Source: Geotalea daltonii FRC-32 (GTDB lineage Bacteria > Desulfobacterota > Desulfuromonadia > Geobacterales > Geobacteraceae). Taken from it: a stretch of 32,000 nt of DNA. Positions 1-10,185 of the stretch are shown here, piece after piece. Below the pieces are notes generated by a model that was not told the DNA's origin, made no database searches, and saw only the letters and a program-made list of their open reading frames with translations. The DNA is taken from positions 480,001 to 512,000 of the forward strand of contig NC_011979.1 in NCBI RefSeq assembly GCF_000022265.1. Direction: 5' to 3'. Made by a program: the position numbers and the translations under genes. Within the stretch, counting starts at the first letter, position 1; every line of letters begins with the position of its first letter.

Positions 1-723
1 GTCGGTTTGCCGGGGCTGCTCCTTGCTGTGCCGGTCTACTTTCTGCGTGACCCGCGGCGCGAGCATGGCCGAACAGAGGTGGAGACTGGTCGGACAGGAG
101 AGAACGCCTTTGTCGCCCTGCTGCGGAACCGCTCTTTCGTCATTGCCACCATGGCCATGGCAGCCATGACCTTTGCCCTTGGCGGGCTTTCCCAATGGAT
201 GCCCTCCTTCTTCAATCGGGTGCACGGTCTGGATGTGGAGCGGGGCAACACCCTGTTCGGCGCCATCACTGTGGTGGCAGGAATAACAGGCACACTGGCC
301 GGGGGCTGGCTGGGGGACCGGTTGCAGCAAAAGAGCAGCAAAGGCTACCTGTTAGTCTCGGGCTGGGGCTTCGTCATCGGCGCACCGGTGGCAGCAGTGG
401 CTATCCTGGCTCCATCCCTCACCACCTCCCTGGCGGCGATTTTTATTGCCGAGTTTTTCCTTTTCTTCAATACCGGTCCGCTCAACACCGTTCTTGTCAA
501 TGTGACGGCGCCGTCTCTGCGGGCTACTGCCTTTGCCGTCAATATCTTTTTCATCCACGCCCTGGGAGATGCCTTTTCTCCTACCATTCTCGGTTTCTGT
601 TCCGATCTGTGGGGCATCCGTTCGGCACTGCTCATAGCGCCTACGGCCATTGTCGTTGCAGCCGTTTTCTGCTTTTTCTGCACCCCCTATATCGAAGCCG
701 ATATGCAGAAGGCAGGTGACTGA
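1..723 (+). CDS. MFS-type transporter, C-terminal part (5' end outside window)
   Basis: The frame is open from the window edge to the TGA at 721-723. The translation is a run of about six hydrophobic helices with short charged loops (GGWLGDRLQQK), typical of the second half of an MFS permease. Confidence 0.6.
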   Translation, partial: VGLPGLLLAVPVYFLRDPRREHGRTEVETGRTGENAFVALLRNRSFVIATMAMAAMTFALGGLSQWMPSFFNRVHGLDVERGNTLFGAITVVAGITGTLAGGWLGDRLQQKSSKGYLLVSGWGFVIGAPVAAVAILAPSLTTSLAAIFIAEFFLFFNTGPLNTVLVNVTAPSLRATAFAVNIFFIHALGDAFSPTILGFCSDLWGIRSALLIAPTAIVVAAVFCFFCTPYIEADMQKAGD

Positions 724-725
724 AG

Positions 726-1382
726 TTGGTTTATCGCCTGCTCCGACTGGTATTTTCCCTCTACCTGCGCTCCTTTCACCTGCTACGTATCAAGGGAATG
801 CACCAAATACCGCTTAACGGGCCGCTGATCCTGTGCGCCAACCATAGCAGCTACTTCGATTCCATGCTGCTGGCTCTCTGCACCACCCGTCAAATACATT
901 TCCTGATCTATCGATCTTTTTACCACCATCCTCTGCTGGGCTGGTTTGTCAGGAAATGCGGGGCCATTGCCGTGACCCAGAACGGCAATGACAAGGAAGC
1001 CCTGGACAGGTCGCTGGCAATACTCAGGCAGGGGGGTGTAATTGGGGTTTTTCCTGAAGGGAGATTGAGTGTGACCGGCATTCCCGACGAAGCAAAATCA
1101 GGTGCTGCACTCCTTGCAGTGGCAAGCGGCGCACCGATCATTCCCGTTACCATTTCGGGTGCCCATGCAGTGTTTGCCAAGGGGCGAAAAAGACCATCTC
1201 CGGGAACAATCATTGTAGAGGTCCATGCGCCAGTGCATCCGGACCGGTCGAAAAGAAAAGACAAGGCATATCTGAGAGCCCTTACTGACTGGGTAATGGG
1301 CCGGATTGAAAGAAGATTGGCTGCCCATCGGCGTAGAAAGGCCTATTTTGCAAAGAAGAGGCTTAGTGAAAGAAAAGGATAA
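726..1382 (+). CDS. 1-acyl-sn-glycerol-3-phosphate / lysophospholipid acyltransferase (PlsC family)
   Basis: Acyltransferase HX4D block (CANHSSYFDS), FPEGRLS block and IIPV block are present. The N-terminal hydrophobic segment is retained only with the TTG start at 726, which sits 2 nt after the upstream stop. The start codon is uncertain. Confidence 0.75.
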   Translation: MVYRLLRLVFSLYLRSFHLLRIKGMHQIPLNGPLILCANHSSYFDSMLLALCTTRQIHFLIYRSFYHHPLLGWFVRKCGAIAVTQNGNDKEALDRSLAILRQGGVIGVFPEGRLSVTGIPDEAKSGAALLAVASGAPIIPVTISGAHAVFAKGRKRPSPGTIIVEVHAPVHPDRSKRKDKAYLRALTDWVMGRIERRLAAHRRRKAYFAKKRLSERKG

Positions 1383-1389
1383 ATCAGTT

Positions 1390-3207
1390 ATGGAAGCTAA
1401 TCCGCAACAAACCCTGCTCAAGGTCTTTGGTTACAAATCTTTTCGTCAGCCGCAGCAGGAGATAGTAGAGGGACTGATCCGCGGCGAGGATGCCTTTGTC
1501 ATCATGCCCACCGGCGGCGGCAAGTCGCTCTGCTACCAGATTCCTGCCCTGCACAGGCCGGGTGTGGCGATTGTGGTGTCACCGCTCATTTCCCTGATGA
1601 AGGACCAGGTAGATGCCCTGCAGGCCAACGGTGTGAAGGCGGCCTTCTACAACTCTTCCCTGTCCGAGGCTAAGGCCAGGCAGGTGCTGGCGCAGATGCA
1701 TGATGATGCTCTCGACCTGCTTTACGTGGCACCGGAACGGCTGATGTCCGAGCCGTTTCTGGAGCGGCTTGAGGATGTAAAAGTTGCCCTTTTTGCCATT
1801 GATGAAGCCCACTGTGTTTCCCAATGGGGGCATGACTTTCGCCCGGAATATGTGCAGTTGGGGCGATTGCGCCAGCTTTTTCCGCAGGTTCCCCTGATTG
1901 CCCTTACTGCAACTGCCGATCCCCAGACGAGAAACGACATCATCGAACGACTCGGCCTGGGGACGGCGGCTTGCTATGTTGCGGGATTCGACAGGCCGAA
2001 CATCCGCTATCTGGTGACGGAAAAGCACAAACCATTTGATCAGCTGCGCTCGTTCCTCTCCAGCCGCCAACCGGGGGAACCGGGTATCGTCTATGCCCTG
2101 AGCAGGAAGCGGGTTGAAGAGGTGGCGGCGCGCCTCGTCCAGTCCGGAGTGGCCGCAGCTCCCTATCATGCCGGGCTTCCCGAACGTGAACGGTCGCGGG
2201 TGCAGGAGGCTTTCCAGCGAGACGAACTGCAGGTGGTGGTGGCAACGGTCGCCTTCGGTATGGGAATCGATAAGTCCAATATCCGCTTCGTTGTCCATTA
2301 CGATTTGCCTAAAAATATCGAAAGTTACTATCAGGAGACTGGCCGCGCCGGGCGTGATGGGCTTCCGGCGGAGGCGCTGCTCCTTTTCGGCTACGGCGAC
2401 ATCGCTGTTGCCCGTGGTCTGATCGAAAATGGCACCAATGCTGAACAGAAAAGAATCGAGCTGCACAAGCTGAATGCCATGGTCGGTTTTGCCGAGGCAG
2501 TGACGTGCCGGCGCAGGGTTCTTCTCGGCTATTTCGGGGCGGCATTAAACCACGATTGCGGCAACTGCGATGTCTGCATCGATCCGCCACAGCGCTACGA
2601 CGCAACGGTGGAGGCGCAAAAGGCGCTCTCTTGCGTTTTTCGCGTTGGGCAGCGTTTCGGCATGGGTCACGTGATAGATGTGTTGCGCGGCGCCGGGAAC
2701 CAGCGCATCCAGTCACTGGGCCATGACCGGCTGTCGACCTACGGCATCGGCAAGGATATATCTGTGGACATGTGGGGGAGTATTATTCGCCAACTGGTAC
2801 ACCTGGGTTACCTGGAGCAGGATCTGGCTTCCTATTCTGTATTGAAACTGACGCCAGCCGCACGCGTCCTGTTGCGCGGCGAAGAGCGGCTGGTTCTGGC
2901 GCGACCGCGCCATAAAACGGCCAGTGCCCAAAAGGCACCGCGCAACAAAGGCGAAGTGCCCTGCGATGATGCTCTCTTTCAGACGTTGCGCGCTTTGCGC
3001 AAGCGTTTGGCCGACGAGGCAGGGGTACCCCCATTCGTTGTCTTCAGCGATGCCACCCTCACGGAAATGGCTGCAATGAGACCGGTGGATGCGGAGGGCC
3101 TGCTTTCGGTGAGCGGCGTGGGGATACACAAGCTGGGGCGGTACGGAGAGGAATTCCTTACGGTGCTGCGCGAATACACAGCCAACAACGCTCCTGCCTC
3201 AACCTAA
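1390..3207 (+). CDS. recQ: ATP-dependent DNA helicase RecQ
   Basis: Motif I is MPTGGGKSLCYQ and the DEAH box is IDEAHCVSQWGHDFRPEY, followed by ALTATA and a Zn-binding Cys cluster (CRR...CGNCDVC). The C terminus has an HRDC-like region (LFQTLRALRKRLADEAGVPPFVVFSD). The ATG at 1390 gives the canonical MEANPQQTLLKVFGYKSFR N-terminus; the track ORF start at 1306 lies inside the upstream gene. Confidence 0.92.
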   Translation: MEANPQQTLLKVFGYKSFRQPQQEIVEGLIRGEDAFVIMPTGGGKSLCYQIPALHRPGVAIVVSPLISLMKDQVDALQANGVKAAFYNSSLSEAKARQVLAQMHDDALDLLYVAPERLMSEPFLERLEDVKVALFAIDEAHCVSQWGHDFRPEYVQLGRLRQLFPQVPLIALTATADPQTRNDIIERLGLGTAACYVAGFDRPNIRYLVTEKHKPFDQLRSFLSSRQPGEPGIVYALSRKRVEEVAARLVQSGVAAAPYHAGLPERERSRVQEAFQRDELQVVVATVAFGMGIDKSNIRFVVHYDLPKNIESYYQETGRAGRDGLPAEALLLFGYGDIAVARGLIENGTNAEQKRIELHKLNAMVGFAEAVTCRRRVLLGYFGAALNHDCGNCDVCIDPPQRYDATVEAQKALSCVFRVGQRFGMGHVIDVLRGAGNQRIQSLGHDRLSTYGIGKDISVDMWGSIIRQLVHLGYLEQDLASYSVLKLTPAARVLLRGEERLVLARPRHKTASAQKAPRNKGEVPCDDALFQTLRALRKRLADEAGVPPFVVFSDATLTEMAAMRPVDAEGLLSVSGVGIHKLGRYGEEFLTVLREYTANNAPAST

Positions 3208-3300
3208 GGGAGAGGGGCAGGCTGCCGTGACTTCGTCCGTTCGTTCCGTCGCCACATCTGCGGACCATGCACTGTCTCCGTCCTGTCCGGCGGAAGAAAC

Positions 3301-3343
3301 AAAAAGCCCCCTCTCCCTGACGGGAATGGGGGCTTTTTGTTTT
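3301..3343. terminator. Bidirectional intrinsic terminator between convergent recQ and degP
   Basis: AAAAAGCCCCC ... GGGGGCTTTTTGTTTT forms a GC-rich stem (GCCCCC/GGGGGC plus inner TCCC/GGGA). It is flanked by an A-run on one side and a T-run on the other. Confidence 0.65.
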
Positions 3344-3366
3344 CAGTATCAATGACTGATGGCCCG

Positions 3367-4767
3367 CTAATCGACACGGAAGGCGACAAAGAGGGACATG
3401 TCGCCTCTGCGCAGCAGCATGCGCATGACTGTACCCTTCTTGTGCCCGTTAACCGCCTTTTCGTAGTCGCCGACGCTGTTGATCTTGCTGCCGTTTATTT
3501 CGCGGATGATGTCACCCTTGGCAATGCCGGTCTGTTCCGCGCTGCTCTCAGGCTTGACGTCTGTTATGACGACTCCCTTTTGTTCCTTGATGCCAAGTTT
3601 GGCGGCCAGATCCTTGCTGAGTTCCCTGACAGTTATGCCAAGCTTTTCCTGGCTGACTCCGGCCTGGTCCCCATCTTCTCCGTCTTTCAGCCGCTCCACA
3701 TTAATCGATAGATCCACAGGCTTGCCTTCCCGCAGTATCTTGACATTGACCTGCTTGTCAACCGGAGTGGCAGCGACCATGCGGGGAAGTTCATTCATCT
3801 CGTGAATGGCCCGGCCATTGAATTCCAGGATGATGTCTCCCGACTTCAGGCCCGCTTTTTCAGCTGGGCCGTCCTTTACCACCTCGGCGATAAGGGCTCC
3901 CTTCTCTCCCTTCAGTTCGAAAGACTGCGCCAGTTCAGGGGTGATGGGCTGAATGGAGACGCCGATCCAGCCCCGTGTCACTTTTCCCTTTTCCTTGAGC
4001 ATGGGGATGATGTTCTTGGCCATATTTACCGGGATAGCAAAGCCGATTCCCTGTCCGCCGGCAACAATGGCGGTATTGATGCCGATCACTTCTCCCTGGG
4101 CGTTGAACAACGGGCCGCCGGAGTTGCCTGGGTTGATGGAGGCATCGGTCTGAATGAAGTCGTCATAGGGACCGCTGCCGATAACCCTCCCCTGGGCACT
4201 GATAATTCCAGCGGTTACAGTTTGTGACAAGCCGAACGGGTTGCCGATGGCCATTACCCATTCGCCGATCTCGATCTTGTCGCTATCACCAAGGGCAGCA
4301 ACCGGCAGATGGTCCTTGGTAGAAATCTTCAGCAGCGCCAGATCGAGTTTTTCATCTGTCCCCTTGATTTCCCCCTTGAACTCTCGTCCGTCGGAGAGCT
4401 TGACCTTGATTTCATCGGCTTCGGCAACCACATGGTTGTTGGTAATGATATAGCCTTCATCGCTGATGATGAAACCTGAACCGAGGCTTTTCTGCTTGTA
4501 CGGATGCTGCTGCGACTCATCGAAGAAACGGTCGAAGAAATCCTGAAATGGGTCATTGCCGAAAGGGCTGTTGAATGGACGCTGAAAGCGGCGCTGGGGT
4601 TTTATTGTTTTGGCGGTACTGATATTGACGACGGTAGGTTTCAGCTTTTTTGCCAGTTCGACAAAATCGGGGAGAACCGGTTTTGCCATGGCCACACCGC
4701 AGAGCATGACCGACAAGGCAAGGGAACAGGTGAAAAGTGCGAATAGTCTCGATGGTCGACAGTACAT
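3367..4767 (-). CDS. degP: Periplasmic serine endoprotease, DegP/HtrA (Do) family, two PDZ domains
   Basis: Catalytic triad context is TNNHVV, DLALLKI and GNSGGPL. There is a signal peptide (LFALFTCSLALSVMLCGVAMA) and two PDZ-like C-terminal repeats. The ATG at 4767 is preferred over the TTG at 4791 because AGGAGG lies 6 nt upstream of it. Confidence 0.9.
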   Translation of the reverse strand: MYCRPSRLFALFTCSLALSVMLCGVAMAKPVLPDFVELAKKLKPTVVNISTAKTIKPQRRFQRPFNSPFGNDPFQDFFDRFFDESQQHPYKQKSLGSGFIISDEGYIITNNHVVAEADEIKVKLSDGREFKGEIKGTDEKLDLALLKISTKDHLPVAALGDSDKIEIGEWVMAIGNPFGLSQTVTAGIISAQGRVIGSGPYDDFIQTDASINPGNSGGPLFNAQGEVIGINTAIVAGGQGIGFAIPVNMAKNIIPMLKEKGKVTRGWIGVSIQPITPELAQSFELKGEKGALIAEVVKDGPAEKAGLKSGDIILEFNGRAIHEMNELPRMVAATPVDKQVNVKILREGKPVDLSINVERLKDGEDGDQAGVSQEKLGITVRELSKDLAAKLGIKEQKGVVITDVKPESSAEQTGIAKGDIIREINGSKINSVGDYEKAVNGHKKGTVMRMLLRRGDMSLFVAFRVD

Positions 4768-4867
4768 GGATTCCTCCTGAAGAATATTCAAACCCTGCTA
4801 AAGATAGTGAGCCCCAAGGCTGTTGTCAACCTCGGGATGTCTTTTTAGGAAGTGGTCAAAGGTTCGT

Positions 4868-6280
4868 TCAGTGATGGGAGAGGGGAAGGAAGACGGTGAA
4901 GGTGCAGCCGCTGCCAGGGAGGGAAAAAATCTCAACTCTGCCGCCATGGGCTTCGCTGAAGGCGCGTACCATGGATAGGCCAAGTCCGCTGCCGCCGTCA
5001 TTGCGGTTTCTTGCCTTGTCTACGCGGTAGAACTGTTCAAAAATATGGGGAAGATCTGCTTCCGGAATGCCCGGTCCCGTGTCGGTGACTGAGACCTTTG
5101 CCCAACCCGGTTCGGAATCGACGGCAAGGGAAACCTTGCCATCGCAGGGGGTGTACTTTATGGCGTTGTCAATGAGGTTGAGAAAGATCTGCTGCAACCG
5201 CGCCGGGTCCCCGGCTACATGAAGAGACGCGGCATTGGGCAGGTCAAGGATGATCCGCTTTTCTCTTGCGTCAGGGGCGGCTTTGGTACAGATATCCTGC
5301 AGCAGTTCGTGCAGTTCCACCGGTACCGGGTCAAGGACCAGTTTTCCTTCTTCTGCACGGGACAGTTCCAGGAGATCGCCGATGATATCAGACATCCTGT
5401 TAATTTCTTCCATGTTGCTTCTGAGAATTTTCTTCAACTCATCCGCATCTCCCCCCCAGCGAAGTCCCACCTCGGTTTCTCCTCGCAGGATGGTCAGCGG
5501 GGTGCGTAATTCGTGTGAGACATCCATGGAAAACTGCCTGGTGCGGTTGAAGGCGTTTTCCAGGCGGTCGAGGGTTATATTGAAGGTCTTTGCCAACCGG
5601 CCAATCTCGTCACTGGGATTTATAATCTCCAGCCGGTGCCCAAGGTTTTCTGCGCTTATTTTGCGGGCGCTGGTGGTGATAAGCTCTACCGGCTTCAGGG
5701 CACGACCGGCCAGAAACCAGCCTGCATACCAGAGCATGATGAGGGCGAGGGGAATGGAAACGGCAAAAATAACAAGCAGCTTTTCCAGAATGTCGCTGGT
5801 GTAGTCGAGAAGCATCCCCACCTGGACAACCTGGACCATGCGCCCGTTTTCCATTATCGGCATGGTTATGGAGCGAATCGGGTAGCGCAACGAATTGCTG
5901 TGGGTATGGTAAGTGCTGTTGCCTATGCCTGATATAATGAGGGAGGTCTTGTCCAGGGGAAGGGAGATATTCTGTAGATTGGTGGAACTGGAAAAAACCT
6001 TTCCGCTAGCGTCGGCGATCTGCACGAATTTGTTGGCAACGCTTGGGCCGATGAAATCTTCCAGAATTTGATCGAGAACCGTCGGTGCGGATCTGCGGAA
6101 CGGTTCCAGAGTGGGGCTGGCCACTGCTTCCGCAATGGCCAGCAGCTCCCGGTCGACTTCTGCATAGAGCCTTTTACTGATGGTCAGATAAATGAACGTG
6201 CTGAACAGGAGGAGGATTAACGCTAATGTTACCAGATACCACAGTGTCAGTCTGAAGCGGATTGATCTGAAAAAAAACAA
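4868..6280 (-). CDS. Sensor histidine kinase (two TM helices, HAMP, HisKA, HATPase_c)
   Basis: H-box SHELRTPLT, N-box LIDNAIKYT, G-boxes DTGPGI and GGSGLGLS, and two hydrophobic helices flanking a periplasmic segment. The TTG start lies 4 nt after the RR stop and follows a GAGGAGG. Confidence 0.85.
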   Translation of the reverse strand: MFFFRSIRFRLTLWYLVTLALILLLFSTFIYLTISKRLYAEVDRELLAIAEAVASPTLEPFRRSAPTVLDQILEDFIGPSVANKFVQIADASGKVFSSSTNLQNISLPLDKTSLIISGIGNSTYHTHSNSLRYPIRSITMPIMENGRMVQVVQVGMLLDYTSDILEKLLVIFAVSIPLALIMLWYAGWFLAGRALKPVELITTSARKISAENLGHRLEIINPSDEIGRLAKTFNITLDRLENAFNRTRQFSMDVSHELRTPLTILRGETEVGLRWGGDADELKKILRSNMEEINRMSDIIGDLLELSRAEEGKLVLDPVPVELHELLQDICTKAAPDAREKRIILDLPNAASLHVAGDPARLQQIFLNLIDNAIKYTPCDGKVSLAVDSEPGWAKVSVTDTGPGIPEADLPHIFEQFYRVDKARNRNDGGSGLGLSMVRAFSEAHGGRVEIFSLPGSGCTFTVFLPLSHH

Positions 6281-6284
6281 CTGA

Positions 6285-6959
6285 TCAATCCTCCTCTTTA
6301 AGGATATATCCGACGCCTCTTACAGTATGAATAAGTTTTTTGTCGGCATCTCTGTCGATCTTTTTGCGCAGGTAGTTGACATAAACATCGATGATGTTGG
6401 TAAAGCTGTCGAAGGTGTAATCCCAGACATGCTCGGCAATCATGGTTCGGGTCAGCACTTCGTGGGGGTTGCGCATGAAGTACTCGAGGAGACCATACTC
6501 CTTGGCTGTCAGGTCGATCTCCTTGTCCTTGCGCCAGACCTTGTGGGTCACCGGGTCAAGACGCAGGTCGCTGAATCGAATCTCTGCACCACGGTCCTGC
6601 TCGCTTCGGCGCAGCAGTGCTCTGACCCTGGCCAGGAGTTCGGCAAAGGCAAAAGGCTTGGTCAGATAATCGTCCGATCCCGAATCGAGGCCGGCAACGA
6701 TGTCTTCTACCGAGTCTTTGGCGGTAAGCATGAGGACCGGAGTGGTATTTTTCTGGCTCTTCAGCTCCTTGAGTACACTGAGCCCATCCATCTTGGGGAG
6801 CATCCAGTCGAGGATTAGCAGGTCGAAGTTCTTTTCCATGGCCATTTTCAGCCCTTCCTCGCCGTCTCCTGCAGTCACAACCTCATACTGCTCCTCTTCC
6901 AGCCCCCGCTTAATGAAGCTAAGTACTTTTTTTTCATCTTCCACTACCAGAATTCTCAT
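6285..6959 (-). CDS. OmpR/PhoB-family response regulator
   Basis: Receiver motifs are MRILVVEDE, LLILDWMLPKMDG and LMLTAKD; the winged-helix end is LIHTVRGVGYIL. The ATG at 6959 is preceded by GAGGGAG. The track start at 7010 would add an unlikely KKK leader from an A9 tract. Confidence 0.9.
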   Translation of the reverse strand: MRILVVEDEKKVLSFIKRGLEEEQYEVVTAGDGEEGLKMAMEKNFDLLILDWMLPKMDGLSVLKELKSQKNTTPVLMLTAKDSVEDIVAGLDSGSDDYLTKPFAFAELLARVRALLRRSEQDRGAEIRFSDLRLDPVTHKVWRKDKEIDLTAKEYGLLEYFMRNPHEVLTRTMIAEHVWDYTFDSFTNIIDVYVNYLRKKIDRDADKKLIHTVRGVGYILKEED

Positions 6960-7016
6960 GATTGCTCCCTCTCTATGATGTTTTTTTTTGCGTTCACTGC
7001 AATTCTGCAAAAAAGC

Positions 7017-7826
7017 CTAGTCTTTGATACCGGTCTCAAACCTTCTCAGGATCTCTGCGGCGGACTCCTCCACCGATTTATTTGTCACGTCGATAACCTG
7101 CCACTGGGGATGCTTGCGGTAAATCCTGCGGCAGAAATCCAGTTCTTCTTCAACCCTCTGGTAATCTGCATAGCTGCCGCGTGGATTTTGCCTCATATTG
7201 CGCAGCCGGGCGGTGCGTATATCGACAAGCCTTTGTGCATCGATCATCAGCCCGACTACTCGGCTGTTGTCGACCTGATAAAGTTCCGACGGAGGCTCTA
7301 TTCCCATTACCAGCGGGACATTTGCCACCTTGTAGCCTTTATGGGCAAGGTACATGGAAAGTGGGGTCTTGGATGTCCTTGAAACTCCCACGAGTACAAT
7401 GTCCGCCTTGTGAAGGTTCCTCGGCTCCTGACCGTCGTCCTGTTTGACGGTAAAATCCACCGCCTCCATCCTCTTGTAATATTCGCTGTTTAGCTGGTAG
7501 AGCAGCCCCGGTTCCTTCTGGGGCTGGATGCCCAGCAGGCTTGCCAGTCTATACAAAAGCGGCGTGATCAGGTCGATTGCTTCCAGCTGTCGGAGGTTTG
7601 CCTCATTGTAAAGGTATTGTGCAAGTTCGTTATCCACCAGGGTATAGAAGATGACCCCCGGTTGCTTAGCCGCTTCATCAAGAGAGATGCTGATATCTTC
7701 ACGGGTGCGCAGCCGGCTCATGCGGTGGAGTTTTACGTCCACGTTCCTGAACTGGGTCAGTGCCGCTCTAACGACCCGTTCTACGGTTTCCCCTGTTGCA
7801 TCGGAAAAGAGATAAATTCTCTGCAT
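7017..7826 (-). CDS. Bifunctional kinase/pyrophosphorylase of the PpsR/PDRP family (PEP synthase / pyruvate phosphate dikinase regulatory protein)
   Basis: The family-typical N-terminus is [22 protein letters not shown] and the P-loop is [11 protein letters not shown]. The internal ATG at 7826 (MQRIYLFSD) is chosen. Confidence 0.8.
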   Translation of the reverse strand: MQRIYLFSDATGETVERVVRAALTQFRNVDVKLHRMSRLRTREDISISLDEAAKQPGVIFYTLVDNELAQYLYNEANLRQLEAIDLITPLLYRLASLLGIQPQKEPGLLYQLNSEYYKRMEAVDFTVKQDDGQEPRNLHKADIVLVGVSRTSKTPLSMYLAHKGYKVANVPLVMGIEPPSELYQVDNSRVVGLMIDAQRLVDIRTARLRNMRQNPRGSYADYQRVEEELDFCRRIYRKHPQWQVIDVTNKSVEESAAEILRRFETGIKD

Positions 7827-7920
7827 GTGATTGTTCCGCCGAGCCTTTTTATTATCTATCGGCACGGTTTTGAAATTCATTAGATATATACCATGATTTT
7901 AACGATAATCAAAAAAATAA

Positions 7921-9081
7921 TTAAAGGGACCTAAATTCATTCTTGATTTTTTCTTGTATCTCCGGTGAGAGTGCCAGTTCGGCAGCGGTCATAGCCAGTG
8001 TTTTAGCCCCTTCAATAACGGCTTCCTTTCCTTTTTGGGAAACAGTTGCCCTGGCAAACTCATCACTGTGGATATGCAAGCCGTTGCCAATGGGCACGTG
8101 AGGATGGATAGTCGGCACCACCTGGGACACATTGCCGATATCAGAGGAGCCCTTGTTCTTGTCTGCAGGAGCGTTGGCTTCCTCAAGGCCCAGGTAGGCC
8201 AACTGGGAGGAGTAAAGAGCCGAGAAAGCCCGGTTGATTTTCATTGGTGCCAGGACCCGCTCATCGGCATCGATTTCCAAGCTGCAGCCTGTGGCTTCTG
8301 CAGCTCCATGGGCACACCACTTGACTCGCTCCAGACAACGGCTTAATTCTTCGCCATCGTCGGCCCTCACATAAAAATAACAGGCAGCCCTTTCGGGAAT
8401 TATATTGGGGGCGGTTCCCCCATCGGTGATGATACCGTGAACCCTTACGTCCTGACGCAGTTGCTGGCGCAGTGCATTGATGCCGTTGAAAGTCAGGATT
8501 ACAGCATCAAGGGCATTTATCCCTTCTTCGGGATAAGCAGCTGCGTGGGCAGAGCGGCCGAAGAAGGTGAAGCGGATTCTGGCGAGGCCCAGAAACATTT
8601 TGATCACCTGGCGCCTGGAGGATGGGTGGACCATCATGGCGAAGTCGATGTGGTCGAATGCTCCATGCTTAACCAGTTCAAATTTGCCGATGCCCAGTTC
8701 TTCGGCGGGTGTTCCGAGTACAACAATTCGGGCCAATTTCTCCGGCAGGGATTGGCGAAGGGCAAGGGCCGCGCCGATGGCGGCTGCGGCAATTATGTTG
8801 TGACCGCAGGCATGCCCCATGGCAGGGAGGGCGTCCATTTCGGCCAGAATAGCAATGGAGGGGCCACTGGTCCCCCAGGTGGCACGGAAGGCTGTTTCCA
8901 GACCGGCAATGCCACGCTCGATCTTGAAGCCGTTTTCTGCCAGTTTTTCAATGAGCAGAGCCGAAGTCCTGAATTCCCTGAGGCCGGTTTCCGGATCATG
9001 GTAGAGCTGATCGGCGATTGCCGTCAATTCTTGGCGACGGTCATCGACAGCATCAACTATAGATTTTTTGACGGCGGTCAT
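7921..9081 (-). CDS. M20-family amidohydrolase / metallopeptidase (AbgB / hippurate-hydrolase-like)
   Basis: Metal-binding block MGHACGHN plus the GTPAEE and HPH motifs, with a length near 386 aa typical of M20D enzymes. Confidence 0.75.
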   Translation of the reverse strand: MTAVKKSIVDAVDDRRQELTAIADQLYHDPETGLREFRTSALLIEKLAENGFKIERGIAGLETAFRATWGTSGPSIAILAEMDALPAMGHACGHNIIAAAAIGAALALRQSLPEKLARIVVLGTPAEELGIGKFELVKHGAFDHIDFAMMVHPSSRRQVIKMFLGLARIRFTFFGRSAHAAAYPEEGINALDAVILTFNGINALRQQLRQDVRVHGIITDGGTAPNIIPERAACYFYVRADDGEELSRCLERVKWCAHGAAEATGCSLEIDADERVLAPMKINRAFSALYSSQLAYLGLEEANAPADKNKGSSDIGNVSQVVPTIHPHVPIGNGLHIHSDEFARATVSQKGKEAVIEGAKTLAMTAAELALSPEIQEKIKNEFRSL

Positions 9082-9240
9082 GGAGGAACTCCAAGTTTAT
9101 TCTAATGAAAGCTACACCTTTGCCTCTTTGTTTGTCAAGGTTTTTATTGCTATTGGTTCTGCTATTCTGCTAGGTTAGCTTTTTTGTTGTAACTGGTTGC
9201 GGTATATGGCGCCAGAGTAAAGTTAAAGGGAGTAAAGACA

Positions 9241-10185
9241 GTGAACATGGTCTGGACAGAAATTTCATGCGAGGTGCCTGCAGCAATGGTCGACCTCCTT
9301 GCCGACTTCCTGGTGGAACTTTCCGGGAACGGCGTCAGTATAGAGAATCTCTCACTCGATACGTTTTCCCTGGACACAATCGAAGATTCGCCGTTGAAGA
9401 CAGTGAAGGCGTACTTTGCTGTCGACAATGCCCTGGAGGCGCACCTGGATGCTGTCGGGGCCTTTTTATCGGCCAATGGTCCCGATTTTGCCGGCTTTGT
9501 GTTTAAAAATCCGGCGGTCAACGCAATTGATGCCGAAGATTGGGCAAACAACTGGAAAAAGTATTTCAAGCCGGTGCGGATCGGCTCCCGGCTGGTGATT
9601 AAACCTACCTGGGAGGAATATTCCGCAAGCCCAGGCGATCTGATCCTGAAGCTCGATCCTGGTATGGCATTCGGCACCGGCGGTCATCCGACGACAAAGA
9701 TGTGCCTGGAGGCGCTGGAACATATCTTCCTGGCAGAGGGGGCGTTTAAGGGAGTGGCGCCTGTAGCTCCTGTCACTGTCCTCGATGTGGGTACAGGTTC
9801 CGGAGTTTTGAGTATTGGCGCGGCCAAGCTGGGGGCGGAGCGCATAACTGCCATTGATATTGATGCCGATGCGGTCGTCGTCGCCGGGGAAAATGTGGCA
9901 CTCAATGAGTGTTCCGATGTTGTTGAGTTATCTACTACGCCCCTTCAGGAACTGACCGGTAACTTCGATCTGGTATTGGCCAACATTCTGGCTGAAGAAC
10001 TGGTGCGCCTTGCTGCGGAACTGGCGGTCAAAGTGGCGCCGGCAGGATTTCTCGTTCTTTCCGGCATTCTCAGCGAAAAGGAAAACTTTGTCCTCGACGG
10101 CTTTTCACCCTATGGCCTGAAGTTGATCGAAATCCGTCGTGAAGGGGAATGGAGCTGCATTTCACTTTACCTGGAGCCGCGTTAA
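9241..10185 (+). CDS. prmA: Ribosomal protein L11 methyltransferase
   Basis: DPGMAFGTGGHPTT and the SAM motif LDVGTGSGVLSI are present. The GTG at 9241 is 8 nt after GGGAG; the alternative ATG is at 9247. Confidence 0.88.
   Translation: MNMVWTEISCEVPAAMVDLLADFLVELSGNGVSIENLSLDTFSLDTIEDSPLKTVKAYFAVDNALEAHLDAVGAFLSANGPDFAGFVFKNPAVNAIDAEDWANNWKKYFKPVRIGSRLVIKPTWEEYSASPGDLILKLDPGMAFGTGGHPTTKMCLEALEHIFLAEGAFKGVAPVAPVTVLDVGTGSGVLSIGAAKLGAERITAIDIDADAVVVAGENVALNECSDVVELSTTPLQELTGNFDLVLANILAEELVRLAAELAVKVAPAGFLVLSGILSEKENFVLDGFSPYGLKLIEIRREGEWSCISLYLEPR

Noticed and set aside
1579-2466. 295-codon antisense ORF inside recQ, and similar ones at 28910-29575 inside ftsH, 9162-9677 inside prmA, 10427-10954 inside rsmE and 15450-15998 inside mqnE.
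   Set aside because: Each lies opposite a gene with strong family motifs. Their translations are Arg/Ser/Pro-rich and motif-free, so they are shadow ORFs.
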